Positions 57,400-62,093 of a stretch of 62,093 bases of DNA are shown here, piece after piece (within the stretch, counting starts at the first letter, position 1; the number at the start of each line of letters is the position of its first letter). Source of the DNA: an uncultured Sangeribacter sp. (GTDB lineage: Bacteria; Bacteroidota; Bacteroidia; Bacteroidales; Muribaculaceae); NCBI GenBank assembly GCA_964398625.1, contig CAYNNV010000001.1, positions 1 to 62,093 on the forward strand. Reading direction: 5' to 3'. Both the position numbers and the translations under genes were made by a program. The notes under the pieces were generated by a model. It was not told where the DNA came from. It saw only the letters and a program-made list of their open reading frames with translations, and searched no databases.

Positions 57400-59520
57400 A
57401 TGAAAACTTATAAAACCGGTGCGATAAACACAATTATATTAAAATCATGGTTGGTAATATTCCTCGTTATAATAGGGAGTATAGTTGCGCGAGCAGAGGA
57501 GGCGGATTCTATAAAGAGTAAAGAGCTTGAGGAGGTTGTAGTAACAGCAAAGCGAGGATGGGTAGAGGGAGACAAAGTAGTTTTTCTTCCAACCAAGCAA
57601 GAGAAGCGTCTATCAAATTCGCCGGCTTCGCTGCTTAGCATGATGAATCTTCCTATGCTTAGGATTGAAGGTAACGATGGACCAATTAAGTCAATTGGTG
57701 GTGAGGACGTGTCTCTATACATCAATGGCAATCCTGCGAGTAATATAGATATAAAAACTTTTTGGCCGAAAAATGCCAAGAGAATTGAATATATGGAAAA
57801 CCCCAAAGATCCAAGATTCCGGGGTGCAAGAAAAGTAATTAATATTGTTGCTGCCGAATATGAAGTGGGAGGAGTCACAAAGATAGATGCGCGACAGACA
57901 ATCCCCGGAGGTGGCGATTATTCTGCCGCTTCAAAATTGGAATATAAAAAAATGACGTATGGTCTGCTTTTCAACGGTGGATATAGCCGAGACCATCGGG
58001 AAGTTTCCGAGCGTGAGGAAGTGTATCGGGATTTGTTTTTTGAGGGGGAAAAATATGATCAGATCACACGAAAAATGACTGACCGGTCATACACAAGAGA
58101 GGATCGCGCCAACCTTTCATTCAGTGCACAATATAAGGTAAATAAATATGTAGGATTTACGCATACTGCGAAGTTGAGTTGGGAAAGAAACCCAGGCTCA
58201 GGAAGTAGTTCTGACGATATTTGGAATCCCGCTCTCTTCGGTGGCAACTTCGGTAGCTCTCTATCAAGAAGTCGGTCACTTTCACCTCAGATTTCGGGGG
58301 ATTATTTCTTTGGAAGTGATAAAAATTTTGCTATTCCCATAGGATGGTCATATGTATATGGTCATACTAACCTCTCCTCATGGTATACGATGGGAGAAAT
58401 GCCTGAGATTTACAATGCTTCGATTGAAGATGTCAATACTCTGAGCGTCAATGTCAAACCCTATATGATATTGAATCCTAAATTTACATTCCAACTAATG
58501 GTCAATGGTAAATTCAATTGGTTTTCAACCCAATATGATGGTTCAGCTACAGCGCATAACAATCAGGCTCGTCAGGATATGAACTCGGAACTTATAATGT
58601 GGTGGACTATTACACCAAAATTTTTCATATTGGCTTCCCCGGGTGTGGATATTTGCATGTGGAAGATAGGCGAAGACAAAAATAAATCGGTCTCCCCAAA
58701 AGGAAGACTTGGATTCTCATGGAATCCTTCTTATAAGTTCTCTGTTTATGCACAGGGGATGACGAATGTCTCCAGTCCTTCCTACAGTGAAACCACCCCC
58801 GTAATGATAAAGCAAACAGACCTGATGTGGAGAATAGGTAATCCCGCTCTTAAGGCAGATATGACCTATGCTAACATGTTGCAGTGTACATGGTTGCCTC
58901 TGAACAATTTTTCACTCGGACTGCTTGCTCATTATACCAAACATAAGAATGAAACTGTGGTGAATTATGAAGTTGCTCCTAAGGAACAAGGAGGCATAAT
59001 CGGTCGTGAGATTGACAATATTTCAAGTGATGCTTTCTATCTGTCAGCTAATTTTTCACTTTCTCTTTTTAACAGCAAATTGAAGCTTACAGCCTATCCG
59101 GATTTTAATCATGTGAGATATCATGGTTTATATTCATCAACGCTGACAAGCTTCTCCGGATTAGCAACAGCCAAATGCGTGGTAGGCAACGTGATGCTCT
59201 CAGTTATGTATTTTGCACCAAAAAAGTTTCTTGACAATGGAGGAATGGAAAAACGCAGACAAAGCGATCGCTTATCATTAGGTGTGACATACGGCGTGGG
59301 GAATTTCTATTTCAATATTGAGGGTAATGATTTATTACACTCAAAGGCGGATTTTCGAACAGACTACATATCTGCTTGTTATTCTTATTCCGATGTGTCA
59401 AAAGGCTACGGTCGCTCTCTCAATATCAATATAACTTATACTTTTGATTACGGCAAAAAGGTAGATCATAATATACAAGTGTCGGGAGCAGAAGCAGTAG
59501 ACTCAAGCGTAATAAAATGA
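57400..59520 (+). CDS. TonB-dependent-receptor-like outer membrane beta-barrel
   Basis: Signal peptide, ELEEVVVTA box, plug-like YINGNPAS...RIEY..NP, GNPALK, NITYTF near the C-terminus. Confidence 0.78.
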   Translation: MKTYKTGAINTIILKSWLVIFLVIIGSIVARAEEADSIKSKELEEVVVTAKRGWVEGDKVVFLPTKQEKRLSNSPASLLSMMNLPMLRIEGNDGPIKSIGGEDVSLYINGNPASNIDIKTFWPKNAKRIEYMENPKDPRFRGARKVINIVAAEYEVGGVTKIDARQTIPGGGDYSAASKLEYKKMTYGLLFNGGYSRDHREVSEREEVYRDLFFEGEKYDQITRKMTDRSYTREDRANLSFSAQYKVNKYVGFTHTAKLSWERNPGSGSSSDDIWNPALFGGNFGSSLSRSRSLSPQISGDYFFGSDKNFAIPIGWSYVYGHTNLSSWYTMGEMPEIYNASIEDVNTLSVNVKPYMILNPKFTFQLMVNGKFNWFSTQYDGSATAHNNQARQDMNSELIMWWTITPKFFILASPGVDICMWKIGEDKNKSVSPKGRLGFSWNPSYKFSVYAQGMTNVSSPSYSETTPVMIKQTDLMWRIGNPALKADMTYANMLQCTWLPLNNFSLGLLAHYTKHKNETVVNYEVAPKEQGGIIGREIDNISSDAFYLSANFSLSLFNSKLKLTAYPDFNHVRYHGLYSSTLTSFSGLATAKCVVGNVMLSVMYFAPKKFLDNGGMEKRRQSDRLSLGVTYGVGNFYFNIEGNDLLHSKADFRTDYISACYSYSDVSKGYGRSLNINITYTFDYGKKVDHNIQVSGAEAVDSSVIK

Positions 59521-61710
59521 AAATACGAAGAAGGTTGCGATGTTTTCGTCAGCTTGAACATTCTGACTGCGGACTAACCTGCATTAGGATGATTGCCGAC
59601 TTCTACGGGAAACGGATTCCCCTGAAATACCTTCATCAAAATGCTGACTTGAATCGCTTGGGTATGTCGGTAGGAGATGTGGTGACAAGCAGCCGCTCCA
59701 TCGGGATGGAGTGTGAGGCCGTCAGGGTAGGAATGACCCACATCTATGAAATGCCCCTTCCGGCAGTATTATATTGGCAACAAAGGCACTTTGTAGTGCT
59801 ATATAAAGTAGATAAAAAACGACGAAGATTTAAAATTGCCGATCCCGCTCTTGGGAGAATGTCATGCAAAGAGGAGGATTTAACAAAATACTGGATACCT
59901 GAAGGGGAAACTACCGGAGTAGCCGTTCTGATGGAGCCGGAGGAGGCATTTTATGAGAAAGATTACGAAAGAGATCGTCCGTTAAGAAGATTTTTCTCGT
60001 ATATAGCGCATTTTATAAGGAACAATAAAAAGAATTTTATTTTTGCTCTTATTATTACACTCGTGATAATGGGAGCTGACTTTGCATTGCCCGTCTTATT
60101 GCAGAAGACAGTAGATTATGGTATTGGAGAAAGGGATTTGGGATTGGTGATCACGCTTCTCTTAGGGCAGCTCGCGATAGGGATGGGGAGTTTTATGGCT
60201 TCAGGAGCCATGGATATGATTCTTACGAAGACGGGGCTAAAAGTTCATATTGATATGATCGGGCACTTCCTGACCAATCTCGCAAAATTTCCTTTATCCT
60301 TTTTTGACAGGAAAGTGAGTTCCGACTTCATACAGAAAATTGATGATCAATCAAGAATCAAGGATTTCCTAATGGGTTTCCCAAATCAGATGGTCAGCAT
60401 GCTTCTGATTACGATAGTCTTCTCAGCACTCCTGTTTTATTACAGCCGGATAATATTCTTTGTATTTGTGGGAATATCTCTGATGGAAATACTATGGAGT
60501 ACTATCTTTCTGGCACATCGTAAATCACTCGATTATGCATATTTCACCCATACTTCGGAAAATCGCAACCACTCCTACGAGCTGAACGGAGGAATGGCAG
60601 ACTTGAAAATTAATAATGCAGAAGAATCAAGGATAAATAAGTGGAGAACCACTCAGGAAGCACTCAATAAAGTGTCTATGAAATCCGCATGGCTTAATCT
60701 CACCCAAACGGGAGGGCATACGCTGCTGAGCCGCGTGAAAGACTTGTCAGTAACAGGGATTGGAGCCATGATGGTAATAAACGGTGATATGACAATCGGT
60801 GTGCTTATGACGCTTGGCTACATCACAGGGCGTCTTGCGCAGCCATTTTCCACGATATCATCAATGATGAGTACGCTGCAAAATGCAGTGCTGTCATATC
60901 AGAGGGTAGAAGAAGTGGTCACATCTGAAAGTAGTAAGGCGGCGGAAAAAAGTTTGACTGTTCAACAATAGAACTTGAAAAAGTGTGGTTTAATATGCCG
61001 GGTCCTCATCTCCATTTGTGATAAAGGATTTTACACTTTCCATCAAGCCCGGCAGCGTGACGGCATTAGTAGGAGAGAGCGGATGTGGAAAGTCTACGCT
61101 GATAAAACTCTTGTTGGGCTTCTATACACCTACTTCCGGCAAATTGCGTTTGGGAGGAGTGGATATAGAAGAAGCGGATGCATCAAAGTGGTTGCAGCAC
61201 TGCGGAGCAGTAATGCAGGAGGGTAAAATATTTTCCGGCTCAATACTTGATAATGTAGCCTTATCTGACGGAGAACCTGACATAGCAAAGGCGCGCGATG
61301 CTCTTTATAATGTAGGTCTGCTGGAATTTGTAGATTCTCTCCCAATGGGTCTTAATACAAACCTTGGAGTGGCGGGCGTAGAGATGAGCGGCGGACAAAA
61401 ACAGCGGCTGATGATAGCCAGAGCGTTATATAAAGATCCTGAAATACTCTTTCTGGATGAAGCCACTTCCTCTCTTGATGCTAATAATGAACGGACGATT
61501 GTAGAAAATATCAACCGCCTTGGAGGAGGAAAAACTATAGTAATAGCCGCCCACAGGCTTAGCACCGTGAGAAATGCTGACCGGATAATTTTGATTAAAG
61601 AGGGGAGGATTCAGGAATCAGGCACTCATGAGGAATTATATGCTCAAAAAGGAGAATACCGTAAATTAGTAAAGAATCAGCTGATGGCACAGGAAACGGT
61701 GATTTCGTGA
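59517..61710 (+). pseudogene. C39 peptidase-containing ABC transporter (PCAT) interrupted by two 1-nt frameshifts; either a pseudogene or an assembly error
   Basis: QLEHSDCG..C, HFVV and ABC membrane domain up to 60971; bridging frame KKFDCSTIELEKVWF; third frame YAGSSSPFVIKD...GESGCGKST, MSGGQKQR, LDEATSSLD. Confidence 0.85.
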
Positions 61711-61855
61711 TTGATGGTTGAGTAATGAGAAGGCTGACTCCGGAGAGGAGGAGAGGAGAGCTTGTCGGAATTGGGGAAGCCGGTATTCTCGGCGCCGGAA
61801 ATCTAAAAAAATGAAAAAAAATTGCTGAAAGCTTGTATAAAGCGTTGATTTTTTG

Positions 61856-61863
61856 TACCTTTG
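61856..61863 (+). promoter_or_regulatory. -7 promoter element of the rpsL (str) operon
   Basis: TACCTTTG about 175 nt upstream of the rpsL ATG. Confidence 0.6.
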
Positions 61864-62036
61864 CAGTGCCGAAAAGTAAAATTTGAGGCGAAAAGTGCAG
61901 CTAAGCTTCTGAAGTTCAGGGGTTTGGTGGCGCATTTCGGGTGTGTGGCTCCGGTGAAAAAACCGGTGTTGATCCCGCTTAACGAGATAGATATCTTAAT
62001 AGAAAAATAAACAAAAAGTAATCAAACAAAACTAAG

Positions 62037-62093
62037 ATGCCAACAATCCAGCAATTAGTAAGAAAAGGACGCGTAGTGCTGAAAGACAAGAGC
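62037..62093 (+). CDS. rpsL: 30S ribosomal protein S12 (5' part, runs off the window)
   Basis: Translation MPTIQQLVRKGRVVLKDKS. Confidence 0.95.
   Translation, partial: MPTIQQLVRKGRVVLKDKS

Overview
Chromosomal window from a Bacteroidales bacterium, probably Muribaculaceae. This is inferred from TAnnTTTG -7 promoters, AT-rich leaders lacking Shine-Dalgarno sites, and gene order. Most of it is conserved housekeeping: pyrE, comF-recX-prmC/ribD, the DUF6242-porG-uppS-bamA-skp-skp-murI operon, pnp, tRNA-Leu(TAA), L-serine dehydratase, mltG, an AddA-like helicase-nuclease, dcp, a rhomboid pair, HU, hpf, xerC, rpsU and the start of rpsL. The best candidate for an undescribed system is a four-gene operon at 3998-9144 in which every product has an export signal. 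It encodes an LPP20-like protein, an FlgT_N-like/DUF4384 protein, a lipoprotein with a Gly-rich hydrophobic hairpin and an intact caspase (C14) domain, and a Pro-stalked transglutaminase-like Cys-His-Asp enzyme. A serpin lipoprotein, a PepSY/BLIP-like protein and a CotH kinase lie just upstream, and an AT-rich CoiA-like/XRE islet just downstream. Non-coding signals include a composite tandem-repeat element present twice at convergent gene junctions, a family of AGGCTG...CAGCCT palindromes, a candidate sRNA (about 53335-53528), a structured leader before the BAM operon, and three apparently leaderless genes. A C39 peptidase ABC transporter coupled to an outer-membrane barrel is broken by two 1-nt frameshifts. 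All family calls come from motif recognition by eye; no database search was run.
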